DNA of 64,000 bases. Source: Candidatus Hopanoidivoransaceae bacterium. GTDB taxonomy: Bacteria > Actinomycetota > Acidimicrobiia > Acidimicrobiales > Hopanoidiivorantaceae. The stretch lies in the NCBI GenBank assembly GCA_965204495.1, contig OZ241989.1:1184312-1248311 (forward strand). The letters are read 5' to 3'. The position numbers were made by a program, and so were the translations under genes. Positions 27,156 to 36,004 of the stretch are shown piece by piece; positions within the stretch are counted from its first letter, which is position 1, and the number at the start of each line of letters is the position of its first letter. Below the pieces are notes generated by a model. That model worked only from the letters and a program-made list of their open reading frames with translations, did no database searches and was not told where the DNA came from.

Positions 27156-28601
27156 ATGGGCAATTTCAGCTTGTTCAGGCTTTTACGGTGCGCTCTGCTG
27201 TCGGCAGTCGGTCTGGCGGCTGCTTTTGCGGCTGTTTTGGGGCTGGTCGGTGCTGGCTGTTCTTCGGGTGGCGACAGCGGCCCTGAGACGGCTACGACTG
27301 AGGCTGCGGTTGGGGGTATTGCGACCGCCGAGACCGTTGCGCGGCCCGATACCACTGACACGACAACGACTGCCGCACCTGCCGATCCTGGCACTGGGCA
27401 GGCAGAGCCTGTGCCGAGTGCTGGGACTGCGGGTTCCGTTGAGCCTGCTCCCCCAACTTCTGGTTCTGCTGAGGCTGTGCCTTCGGTATCGTCTTCGGGT
27501 TCTGTGCCGCCGGGGGCTTCCGAACTTCCGAGCAGCACCACCACAACAACCACCACCACTACTGCCGCGACCGCTTCTACTAGCACGACCACTACCTCTA
27601 CGACCACAACTACGACCACAACCACAACAACGACTATTCCCTCCGCAGACGACCTCGGCGGTTCTCTGCGCCCGCCCGCACGAGCTTCTAGTTTGCGACC
27701 CCGACAGGACAACAACACCCAACTTCCCCTGCCCGCCAGCACACCGAGGGACCGCTATGTTCCGGGCCTCGCGGACATCAACATCTACTCCCAAACAAAC
27801 GATCAGGGCAGCCTCGATTTGCAAGCCAAACTCGAAGAGCTGTCCATATATCTCCGCTACATCGGAAACTACCAGCCCTACACCGGAGCCACAGCCTCCC
27901 TAAGAGACACACAAGGAACCTTCCGCGAAGCAGCCAAGCTGCTCGAAGATACTTTGCTGTGGCTAGGATTCACACCCCAAAATGTTTGCGGGGCGCCAGC
28001 AGGCTATTCTTTCACGGATCTGCTGCAGCCGACACGGGAATGGTCAGACGAATTCAAAACCTATAGCGGCGACGCTATTTTCACAACGGAGAGGTTGTTG
28101 GAGTTGCATGGCGGCGAGAGGATAAACCCAGAAGCCAACCTAGAGTTCTATATTCGCCAAGCAGTACAAACAGCGCATGACGCTTTGCGTCTGCCGGAAC
28201 TTTTAGACGAAACCGAAGCTCCGCAGCTCATCTTGTGCCGCGCTTTTCTAGCGCCATCTGGCGAGGTGCCAGAATTTGCTAACGGAGCATGGTATGCGCT
28301 TCTAACACCAGGTATACAGCCGCGAGAGTCGCTGCTGTCGCAAGGCACATATCATGTCAAAGAAATATCGCGAAACGGAAATTTTGCTTATCTTGTGGTA
28401 TGTCATCCGACGATAGGCGCGCGGTTTGTCGCGTTGCATTGGCGCGAAGCAGGCTATAGAGCCGAAGTTGTGGAGGACATCAGAACTAGTGGTTGCCAAG
28501 CAGCATTCGAAGAATTTGACGCTGAACCTGAAAGCATAGAGTTCAGCTTCGGCGAACGGTCGTTCTCGGCTTCAGACCTTCAAAGCTTCCCCCGAGGCTG
28601 A
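27156..28601 (+). CDS. Paralogous secreted lipoprotein (same C-terminal domain as 24703..26424, lacks the LytR_C segment)
   Basis: Lipobox LVGAGC and a poly-Thr linker. Long near-identical stretches with the paralogue, for example RDRYVPGLADINIYSQ, GFTPQNVCGAPAGYSFTDLLQPTREWSDEFK and WYALLTPGIQPRESLLSQGTYHVKEISRNGN. Confidence 0.7.
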   Translation: MGNFSLFRLLRCALLSAVGLAAAFAAVLGLVGAGCSSGGDSGPETATTEAAVGGIATAETVARPDTTDTTTTAAPADPGTGQAEPVPSAGTAGSVEPAPPTSGSAEAVPSVSSSGSVPPGASELPSSTTTTTTTTTAATASTSTTTTSTTTTTTTTTTTTIPSADDLGGSLRPPARASSLRPRQDNNTQLPLPASTPRDRYVPGLADINIYSQTNDQGSLDLQAKLEELSIYLRYIGNYQPYTGATASLRDTQGTFREAAKLLEDTLLWLGFTPQNVCGAPAGYSFTDLLQPTREWSDEFKTYSGDAIFTTERLLELHGGERINPEANLEFYIRQAVQTAHDALRLPELLDETEAPQLILCRAFLAPSGEVPEFANGAWYALLTPGIQPRESLLSQGTYHVKEISRNGNFAYLVVCHPTIGARFVALHWREAGYRAEVVEDIRTSGCQAAFEEFDAEPESIEFSFGERSFSASDLQSFPRG

Positions 28602-28895
28602 GTTTGCGTTTTGGGTTTTGTAGTTGGGTGTAGCAGTCATGGCAAAAAAGTCTTTGCGTCCGCTGTCTCGGGTTTAGGTTTTGAAGCAGCAAAGGATTAC
28701 TTTTTGCCGTAGCATTTATTTTCTTCTGCGTTTCCTATCGCGTGCTCTTTGCTGAGATTTGGGCATGTATCGGCAGACAAACCCCGAAGGCGGCACATCA
28801 AACCGCCAGGCCGTTCCGCCGCTCGGTCAGCACCTTCTTCGCATCCTCGGCATCCAACCAAAACTCGTTTTTCCAAACGATGTCTCCCCAGGCAT

Positions 28896-30167
28896 TCAGC
28901 CGCCCTCGGGCGGGATGTTGTGGGTTGCGATGTAGTCGGCGAATAGGTTGGCGGCTTCTTCGGGGGTGTAGCCGAAGTCGGTCAGGGTGTAGGAGTGGCG
29001 GCCGTGCTTGCCTTGGGGGTTGTCGTCTAGCCAGGTTTGCATGGCTCGGCGCGTTTCGTCTGTCAATTTCCAGCCGAGCCATTCGTATATTTGCTCGGCG
29101 GTTCGCATCGGGTTTTGCATCATGTCGGCGTAGAGGATGTTTAGGAAGCGATCGGGGCGGGCGGCTTGGGCTTCTGCCATTCGGCCGACTATCATCTGCC
29201 AGACTTCCAGCCAGCGGGTGCGGATGTAGGATGCCCAGTCGTGGTCGCTGGTGTATCCGGTGAAGGTGGTGATGAGGTTGAGGACGGAACCGAATGAGGT
29301 AGCTGGGTCGCGGTGGGTGAGGATGATGCGGGCATCGGGGTAGGCGGCGAAGACTTCGGGCAGGGCGATGCTGTGGTGGGGCGACTTCAGCATCCAGCGG
29401 CCGGGGGCTTCGCTTTGGAGCACCTGCAGGGCGATTTTGTGGTAGCTGTAGCCATCGTGCTGGGGCTGGCTGGGATACCATTCGCCGTAGCTGGGGAGAT
29501 TCCAAAGTGTTTCGTAGAGCATGGATCGGCAGGCTTGGGCTAGCAGGGTGACGCATTCTGTGGGGCCGTTGGGGGCTTCCCAGTGGATGGTTTTCATCTC
29601 GGGGCGGGCTTCGGAGAGGTATTCCTGATTTTGCTCCATTGCTTGGATGCGGGGGTCGGCGTGGAAGGTTTCGGTGCGGGGTGGCGGCATCGGGTTGGCG
29701 GCTTCCCAGCCCATGAGCGAGCGAGTGGCTGGGTCTTGATCCAGCAGGTAGCTGAGCAGGGTTGTGCCCGTGCGACCGTGGCCGGTGATGAAGACTGGGG
29801 AGACGACCGGCGAGGCGAGAATGTCGGGATGGCGGCGTGCCCAGTCCAGCACTAAAAGGCGGTTGCGGAGGTAGCTGACTAGCTGCATCTCCAGCATGAA
29901 TTCGCCTGTCGGATTGAGACGCGATTCTGTTGTGGCGGAGTGGAGGAGGGTGTCTAGGGCTTCTTGCCAGGGGGCGTGGGATGGGGGCGGTTTGGGCGCG
30001 CTGGTTGGGGGAGTGCTGTCGGGGGGCGGGCTGGTTGGTTGGGTGTTGGTTGGGGGCGGGCTGTCTGGAAGCGCGTTGGCTGGAAGCGAGCTGTCTGGCA
30101 GGTCAAAGTCGGTTAGACCTGCTTGTTCGGTGGCTTGCGAAATGAGTGATTCGGCTGTTAATGGCAT
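28896..30167 (-). CDS. Sulfotransferase-family protein
   Basis: PAPS-binding-type loop FITGHGRTGTTLLSYLL. The N-terminus carries Pro/Ser/Thr-rich micro-repeats. Confidence 0.7.
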   Translation of the reverse strand: MPLTAESLISQATEQAGLTDFDLPDSSLPANALPDSPPPTNTQPTSPPPDSTPPTSAPKPPPSHAPWQEALDTLLHSATTESRLNPTGEFMLEMQLVSYLRNRLLVLDWARRHPDILASPVVSPVFITGHGRTGTTLLSYLLDQDPATRSLMGWEAANPMPPPRTETFHADPRIQAMEQNQEYLSEARPEMKTIHWEAPNGPTECVTLLAQACRSMLYETLWNLPSYGEWYPSQPQHDGYSYHKIALQVLQSEAPGRWMLKSPHHSIALPEVFAAYPDARIILTHRDPATSFGSVLNLITTFTGYTSDHDWASYIRTRWLEVWQMIVGRMAEAQAARPDRFLNILYADMMQNPMRTAEQIYEWLGWKLTDETRRAMQTWLDDNPQGKHGRHSYTLTDFGYTPEEAANLFADYIATHNIPPEGG

Positions 30168-30223
30168 GAGTTTTACTTTAGGTTTATGCGATGCTTGTCG
30201 TAGGGCTTGCTAATCTCAAATTT

Positions 30224-30838
30224 ATGGAACAGCAAAACACAGCCACAGACGAGACATCAGCAAGCCAAACTCCCGCGAGCGAAATGCCCGCCAGCGAAAC
30301 GCCCGCGAGCCAAACGCACAACCGCAATGGCGAGGCGATGAAGGGGCGGTTAGAAGCCATCTGGATCAAGCGAGCGCACAAGGGGTCGATGGACGCAGTG
30401 TCGGAGGCAGAGCTTGTAGAAGGGCAGGGCTTGAAAAACAACGCCGACCAAGGCGGCAGGCGACAGGTGACGATTTTGTCCAAGGAGCGGTGGGAGGAGG
30501 CTGTTGCTGGGCTTGGAGATGGCAAGTCGGGCGAAGAATCGCACGGGGAGTCGGATGCCTCTGGCTTTGCCGTCGATCCCAAAGATCGCCGTGCCAACCT
30601 GTTCGTTTCAGGCTTGAATCTGCAAGAGACCAGAGGCTGGACGCTCGCAGTCGGCGGGCATCGCATGGTCATCGCAGGCGAAACCAGGCCTTGCGCCTTC
30701 ATGGACGACATCTGCGATGGCCTGCAAGACGCCCTGCGACCCAACTGGGGCGGCGGCGCCTACGCCCAAGTGCTAGAAGGCGGTGCTATCTCTATTGGCG
30801 ACGAGGTAACCCTCATTCCGCCTTCTGAAGGCAACTGA
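30224..30838 (+). CDS. MOSC domain protein
   Basis: The track ORF is 30191..30838; ATG 30224 (MEQQNT) is chosen. RLEAIWIKRAHKGSMD...ETRPCAFMDD...GDEVTLIP is typical of MOSC. The N-terminus has 18-nt repeats (ASQTPASEMPASETPASQT). Confidence 0.7.
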   Translation: MEQQNTATDETSASQTPASEMPASETPASQTHNRNGEAMKGRLEAIWIKRAHKGSMDAVSEAELVEGQGLKNNADQGGRRQVTILSKERWEEAVAGLGDGKSGEESHGESDASGFAVDPKDRRANLFVSGLNLQETRGWTLAVGGHRMVIAGETRPCAFMDDICDGLQDALRPNWGGGAYAQVLEGGAISIGDEVTLIPPSEGN

Positions 30839-30906
30839 ATTTGCGATTTGCCGATTTCCGCTATTCGAAAATCAAGAAAGAAGACAATCCGAGTTAGGAG
30901 AAAGAG

Positions 30907-31887
30907 ATGCCAAACTTTGAAATTCGCTATGACTTTCGGTGTCCGCCGGGCATTTGCCCTGTGGAGCCTGCCGATCTTTACGAGGCTGCATTGGAGCAGT
31001 GCGAGTGGGCTGAGTCGCTGGGCTTCAGCAGGGTTACCATTTCCGAGCATCACGGGGCAGACGACGGCTATCTTCCTTCGATGGTGGCTATGGGGTCGGC
31101 TATCGCGGCTCGCACTTCAAAGATGCGCATTCGGTTAGGGGCTATCATCGTTTCGCTTCACGATCCGTTGCGCCTTGCCGAAGACTTGGCGGTGCTGGAC
31201 AACATCAGCCGTGGGCGGCTGGAGGTCGTCATCGCTAACGGCTATGTGCCTTCGGAGTTCGCCATGTTTGATGTGAAGCTCTCGGATCGGGTAAAACTCG
31301 TGACCGAGGCGGTTGAAGCCATCAAAAGCGCTTGGACGGGCGAGCCGTTTGATTACAGAGGTCGCACGGTGCGGGTCACGCCCAGGCCTTGTCAAGAACC
31401 TCGCCCGCCCATAGTTCTGGGCGGCGCTTCAGAAGGGGCTGCCCGGCGAGCCGCCCGCATCGCTGACGATTTCATGCCCACGATGCCGAAATTCTGGGAT
31501 TTCTATCGCGACGAGCTTCAAAAACAAGGCAAGCCCGATCCGGGGCCGATGATGCAGGGGGCCAACATGTATCTGCATGTAACGGAAGATGCGGAGCGCA
31601 CTTGGGAGCAAATCGCCCCTCACGCCCTTCACGAGATGAACTCCTACGGGCAATGGGCTGCCGAAGCCGAGTCGGCAACGGGCTATCAACCAGTGGATGA
31701 CATAGAAATGCTGAAAGGCATAGGAATGCACAAGATTTTGACGCCTGCAGAGACGGTGGAGCTTGTGAACTCTACGCCAGATGACGGGGCCGTGCTGTTC
31801 CACCCGCTTATGGGAGGGCTAGACCCTGAGATCGCCTGGGAGAATTTGCGTTTGTTCGAGTCGGAGGTTCTGCCTCGTGTGAGGTAG
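30907..31887 (+). CDS. LLM-class (luciferase-like) flavin-dependent oxidoreductase
   Basis: 326 aa. VTISEHHGADDGYLPS...LGGASEGAARRAARIADDF is typical of this family. Confidence 0.7.
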   Translation: MPNFEIRYDFRCPPGICPVEPADLYEAALEQCEWAESLGFSRVTISEHHGADDGYLPSMVAMGSAIAARTSKMRIRLGAIIVSLHDPLRLAEDLAVLDNISRGRLEVVIANGYVPSEFAMFDVKLSDRVKLVTEAVEAIKSAWTGEPFDYRGRTVRVTPRPCQEPRPPIVLGGASEGAARRAARIADDFMPTMPKFWDFYRDELQKQGKPDPGPMMQGANMYLHVTEDAERTWEQIAPHALHEMNSYGQWAAEAESATGYQPVDDIEMLKGIGMHKILTPAETVELVNSTPDDGAVLFHPLMGGLDPEIAWENLRLFESEVLPRVR

Positions 31888-32006
31888 AGATCGCGGATTG
31901 GTTGGCGAGGGTTTGAGAGCTTTCTAGCGCAGACCTGGGTTCGCTTGGGTGCTCTGATTCAAGGGGGTAGGCTTTGAAGGAATTAGAAATTAGCAGCGGA
32001 GATTGT

Positions 32007-33242
32007 TTATTCCACCACCCCGCGCTCTGCCAAGTCGTCATAGTCGTCTCTGCCGATTTCGGCTAGGAGGGCTTTTGTGTCGCGGCCGTGATGGGGGGCA
32101 TCGGTTGCCGGGGTTGTAGGGGTGTTTTCAAATGTCGCAGGGTGGCGAGCTTGGACTACTCGCCCTGCCACAGGATGGTCGGCCTCCACGAAAAATCCTG
32201 TGGCAGCCAGCTGCTCTAGAGAAGGCACATCGCCGGGGGCCACTGCAGGGCCGGCGGGAACATCGTGGGCGTCCAGCCGGGCGCAAGCTTCGGCCACAGT
32301 TAGTTTCCTGAGAGCTTCATAGCACCGCTGCCAAGTTTCAGGAGTGATGCCCATTCGGGTTTCGGCCTCGGCTGTTTCGGCTTCGGAGGTGCCAGCCTCT
32401 CGGGCACCCGCCTCATCAGTGTCTTCGTTATTCTCTTGGGCTACTTCCAAAGCTGTGCACATTCCTGTGAACTGATCCGGCATGGCAGCCACGATATAAA
32501 TCCAGCCGTCCGAGCATTCCAAGGGTTTCACATGCGCCCCAGGGTTTGACACCTGAAATCCGTCATAGTCCGCCAAGGCTTCTCGCCCCGTTCCGTCCAC
32601 CCACAAAAAAGCCACGGACGACTGCAGCAGCGGCACATGCACAAGCTGCCCGCCGGCTCCTCTGTCTCTGGCTGCCAAGGCTGCGAGCGCGGCTTGGCTG
32701 GCGAAAAGTGCGGTGAGTTTGTCGGAGGCGGTGTGACGAAGGTTGTGGGGTTTGCCGGTTTCTTCATCGGCTTCAATCATCGCCAATCCCGAAAGTCCTT
32801 GGATTACTCCGTCATAGGCTGGTCGGTCGCTCCAAGGGCCTGCTGGCCCGTAACCCGAGATGGCTACCAAGATGATGTCTTCCTTTTGCGCTTTCAGGTC
32901 TTCGTAGCCGATGCCTAGGCGGTCGGCCACGCCGGGGCGGAAGTTTTGGAAAACGATGTCGGCGGAGCGCACGAACTCCAAAGCAATTGCCAGGCCTTCA
33001 GTGTCTTTCAAATTGACGGCAGCCGCCCGCTTGGTTCGGTTCGCAGCCAGATACGGCCCCGAAACCGAAGCAATAGACGGCCCGATGTAGCGGAGCACAT
33101 CGCCGAAGCCGAGCGGTTCGAGCTTGACCACATCGGCGCCCAAGTCGCCCAGCATTCCTGCGGCTAGCGGCCCGGCCAGAGCGGTGGAGAAATCCACCAC
33201 CCGCACACCGCTGAGCGGGCCGCCTCTGCTGGTTTGAGACAT
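32007..33242 (-). CDS. CoA-transferase family III (CaiB/BaiF type)
   Basis: GPLSGVRVVDFSTALAGPLAAGMLGDLGADVVKLEP. It contains an acidic Glu/Ala/Thr micro-repeat insert. Confidence 0.85.
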   Translation of the reverse strand: MSQTSRGGPLSGVRVVDFSTALAGPLAAGMLGDLGADVVKLEPLGFGDVLRYIGPSIASVSGPYLAANRTKRAAAVNLKDTEGLAIALEFVRSADIVFQNFRPGVADRLGIGYEDLKAQKEDIILVAISGYGPAGPWSDRPAYDGVIQGLSGLAMIEADEETGKPHNLRHTASDKLTALFASQAALAALAARDRGAGGQLVHVPLLQSSVAFLWVDGTGREALADYDGFQVSNPGAHVKPLECSDGWIYIVAAMPDQFTGMCTALEVAQENNEDTDEAGAREAGTSEAETAEAETRMGITPETWQRCYEALRKLTVAEACARLDAHDVPAGPAVAPGDVPSLEQLAATGFFVEADHPVAGRVVQARHPATFENTPTTPATDAPHHGRDTKALLAEIGRDDYDDLAERGVVE

Positions 33243-33249
33243 TTGCGGT

Positions 33250-33675
33250 CTATCTGAAACCTTGGGCGATGTGCTCGTGCCACCAGGCGGGAGCGTTGTC
33301 GGTGAGGTTGGGCAGGTGGGAATAGTCGTGCCAGCGGGTGATCATGCCGTCATGCACTTCCATGACCGAGGTGAAGGGGTGGTCTATGACTTCGCCCGTG
33401 TGGAACACCCATGTCTCGGTGTGCTCGGTCACGACGATGTCGCCCTCGGCGATGAAGTGCTTGGGGAAGTGCCAATAGTTCTCCAGAGGTTCAATGCCCA
33501 GCTTGAGGCGGGCTATTATCTCGCCCGGGCCGGTTGCGCCTAGGGCGTCTAGCCCCACATCGGTGTAGTGGGAATCTTCGGTGAAGAAAGTCGCCATTTT
33601 CTCCCAGTCGCGGCGAAAATGCGCATCCCAGTAGCGTTCCACGACTTGCTTGTTGCGAGCTTCGTGCGTTCCCAT
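33250..33675 (-). CDS. SnoaL-like/NTF2-fold protein (limonene-epoxide-hydrolase-like)
   Basis: 141 aa. The N-terminus NKQVVERYWDAHFRRDWEKMATFF is typical of SnoaL-like proteins. Confidence 0.6.
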   Translation of the reverse strand: MGTHEARNKQVVERYWDAHFRRDWEKMATFFTEDSHYTDVGLDALGATGPGEIIARLKLGIEPLENYWHFPKHFIAEGDIVVTEHTETWVFHTGEVIDHPFTSVMEVHDGMITRWHDYSHLPNLTDNAPAWWHEHIAQGFR

Positions 33676-33807
33676 CTTGGTCTCCTTTAGTTTTGTCTGC
33701 GCTGCTTGGTTTTGCCTTGGTGTCTAGCTTTGGCAGTGTCTAGCTCTGGGATTGATTTTCAAGTTATCCACCTGTATTTTGCGCGCTTAATTTGTGCGCG
33801 TTTCAGC

Positions 33808-35928
33808 TTAGTTGATGCGCCGCCGTGCCAGCCGCAGGGAATTTCCTACCACGCAAAGAGACGACAAGCTCATCGCTCCCGCAGCTGCCACGGGAGGCAT
33901 CACGCCGGCTGCTGCCAGCGGAAGCAGAGCCGCGTTGTAGATGCAAGCCCAAACCAGATTGGCCAAGATGGTGGAAGAAGTCTTGCGGGCGATCTGTATG
34001 GCTTTGACCGATTTGCGAAAATCGCCGCCGATAACGGTGATGTCGCTGGCTTCGGCGGCCACATCTGCTCCGTCCGACAGGGCTATTCCCACATCGGCTT
34101 TGGCTAATGCCGCAGCATCGTTCACACCGTCGCCGATCATGGCGACTGTGCTGCCTGCTTCTTGCAGGCGGTTCACTTCGGCGAGTTTGTCTTGGGGGAG
34201 GCATTCGGCGATAACTCTGTCGGGCTTTACCTGTTCGGCCACATGCTGTGCACTTGCTTCCGAATCGCCGGTCGCCATTATCACCGAGATGCCGAGCGAC
34301 TGCATGTCTGCGACCGATTGGTTCGCCTCGTCGCGCAGCTCGTCGGCGCAGATGATGAGACCTTTGGCTTGGGGGAGTTGGGCAACGCTGCCCCAGCCCA
34401 CGAAGACGCTCGCAAAACCTTTGGCGGCAGCGGAACTCGCGGCCTCGTCTAGGCGGTCGGGAATTTCCGAAAATAAACTGCGAGCTCCCAAAGCTGCTTT
34501 GCTGCCGTCTTTGAATTCGGCTAGAACGCCTGCTCCAGGAGTTTCCTTTAAGTCGCGGAACTCTATGGAAGATTCGCGTTCTCTGGCGATTGCCTGCGAA
34601 AGAGGATGAAGCGATTGCTGAGCAAGGGCTGATGCTATTTCGAGCAGTTCAGTTTGAGTTGCATCTCTTTTTTGCGCTGTATTTCTTGTTTGTTCTGTGT
34701 CTCCTTCTTGCGCTGTGTCTGCCTCGTGCGCTGTGCCTGCTTCGTTGTTAAGGCCTGCTTCTTGGGTCAGATTTTTTCCTCGCAGCAGCCCGTCCGTGAA
34801 ATCGTCTACCACGATCTGCCGAACGGACGGGCGGCCGTGGGTGAGCGTGCCAGTCTTGTCTATGACGGCGGTGTCGAGACGGCGAACCGCTTCCCACACA
34901 TTGCCGCTTCTGATGATGATGCCTTCTCTGGCAGCCCGCCCGACACCCGCCACGATAGCTGTGGGGGTTGCCAAGCCCAGAGCGCACGGGCAGGCCACCA
35001 CCAGCACGGCAACTCCAGCGGCGATGCCTGTGGCGGCGCTTTCGCCAGCCAGCATCCAGCCGATGAAAGCGATAGCGGCGGCAGCTATTACCGCCGGAAC
35101 GAAGACCGCACTGGCACGATCCACCAGCCGTTGCACGGGGGCGCGAGACTGCTCGGCTTCTTCCAGCAGCCGCATGATTTGGGCGTGGGCTGTTTCGGCA
35201 CCCACCCGCCGGGCTTCCACCGTAAGGAGACCGGTGGTGTTCAGCGTGGCTCCTGTGACTTCATCGCCGGGCTGCACCGCTTCTGGGATCGGCTCGCCGG
35301 TGAGGAACGACTTGTCTATGGCGGAGTGCCCTGATAACACCACTCCGTCTGCGGCTATGCGTTCGCCCGGTCGCACCACGAAGCGCATTCCTACGGCGAG
35401 GTCTTCAATCGGAATGTCGGTGCCGTGTTCTAGGCGTGCTGTGGTGACGCTGAGCTTGGCGAGCGAGGCGACCGCATCTTGCGATCTGGCTTGGGCGCGG
35501 CTTTCCAGCCATCCCCCCAGCCGCACGAAGACGATGATCGTGGAAGCCATCGTGAAGTGGATGTCGCCGCTGGTGTCTGTTGTCGTCACCGACATCGACC
35601 AGATCCAGGCCACCAGCACACCCAGCGATATGAGCGTGTTCATATTGGGGGAGCGGGCCAGGGTGCTCGTCCAGCCGTCTCGCAGGATCGGCCATCCCAC
35701 TCCCCACACCACTATTGTTGAGAGCGCGCTCAAAAGCCATTCTTGATTGAGCGGAGAAGAGTCGGGCAGCAGCCAGACGACCCAGCCGAAAGCTGCCGCC
35801 AACGCCCCGAACAGCAGGATCAGCCCGTCTAGACGGGTAGAGGCGGCTGGGGTGTGGCAAGAGGGGGTAGGAGAGTGGCAGGATACCCTCTCTGTGGCTA
35901 AAGCCCGTTCATCGTATGTCAAAGACAT
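33808..35928 (-). CDS. copA: Heavy-metal (Cu+-type) translocating P1B-type ATPase without an obvious N-terminal metal-binding domain
   Basis: CPC (VVACPCALGLATP), DKTGTLT, GDGVNDAAAL, and the YN and MSLSS transmembrane motifs. A low-complexity insert follows DKTGTLT. Confidence 0.85.
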   Translation of the reverse strand: MSLTYDERALATERVSCHSPTPSCHTPAASTRLDGLILLFGALAAAFGWVVWLLPDSSPLNQEWLLSALSTIVVWGVGWPILRDGWTSTLARSPNMNTLISLGVLVAWIWSMSVTTTDTSGDIHFTMASTIIVFVRLGGWLESRAQARSQDAVASLAKLSVTTARLEHGTDIPIEDLAVGMRFVVRPGERIAADGVVLSGHSAIDKSFLTGEPIPEAVQPGDEVTGATLNTTGLLTVEARRVGAETAHAQIMRLLEEAEQSRAPVQRLVDRASAVFVPAVIAAAAIAFIGWMLAGESAATGIAAGVAVLVVACPCALGLATPTAIVAGVGRAAREGIIIRSGNVWEAVRRLDTAVIDKTGTLTHGRPSVRQIVVDDFTDGLLRGKNLTQEAGLNNEAGTAHEADTAQEGDTEQTRNTAQKRDATQTELLEIASALAQQSLHPLSQAIARERESSIEFRDLKETPGAGVLAEFKDGSKAALGARSLFSEIPDRLDEAASSAAAKGFASVFVGWGSVAQLPQAKGLIICADELRDEANQSVADMQSLGISVIMATGDSEASAQHVAEQVKPDRVIAECLPQDKLAEVNRLQEAGSTVAMIGDGVNDAAALAKADVGIALSDGADVAAEASDITVIGGDFRKSVKAIQIARKTSSTILANLVWACIYNAALLPLAAAGVMPPVAAAGAMSLSSLCVVGNSLRLARRRIN

Positions 35929-36004
35929 GAGATAACAAAATTCTACTTCGGATGCTGAGCTTCTCTGGCACGCAAGCCTGTGGAAAACTAAGCTCTATTG
36001 TCAT

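Noticed and set aside
28640-28708. Inverted repeat GGCAAAAAAG...CTTTTTGCC downstream of the second lipoprotein gene, considered as a terminator
   Set aside because: The arms are separated by ~50 nt of unstructured sequence. It is not a convincing intrinsic terminator.
28750-28895. Plausible-looking peptide ..NAWGDIVWKNEFWLDAEDAKKVLTERRNGLAV encoded on the minus strand just downstream of the sulfotransferase stop. It could be a C-terminal frameshift or a small gene.
   Set aside because: There is no convincing start codon or RBS in that frame, and it is part of a long shadow ORF (28798..29556). It cannot be supported without homology evidence.
33808-35928. Absence of an N-terminal heavy-metal-binding (CxxC) domain in the CopA-type ATPase, considered as a sign of truncation
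   Set aside because: The ORF has a clean start and all core motifs, and P1B ATPases without HMA domains exist. Not reported as an anomaly.
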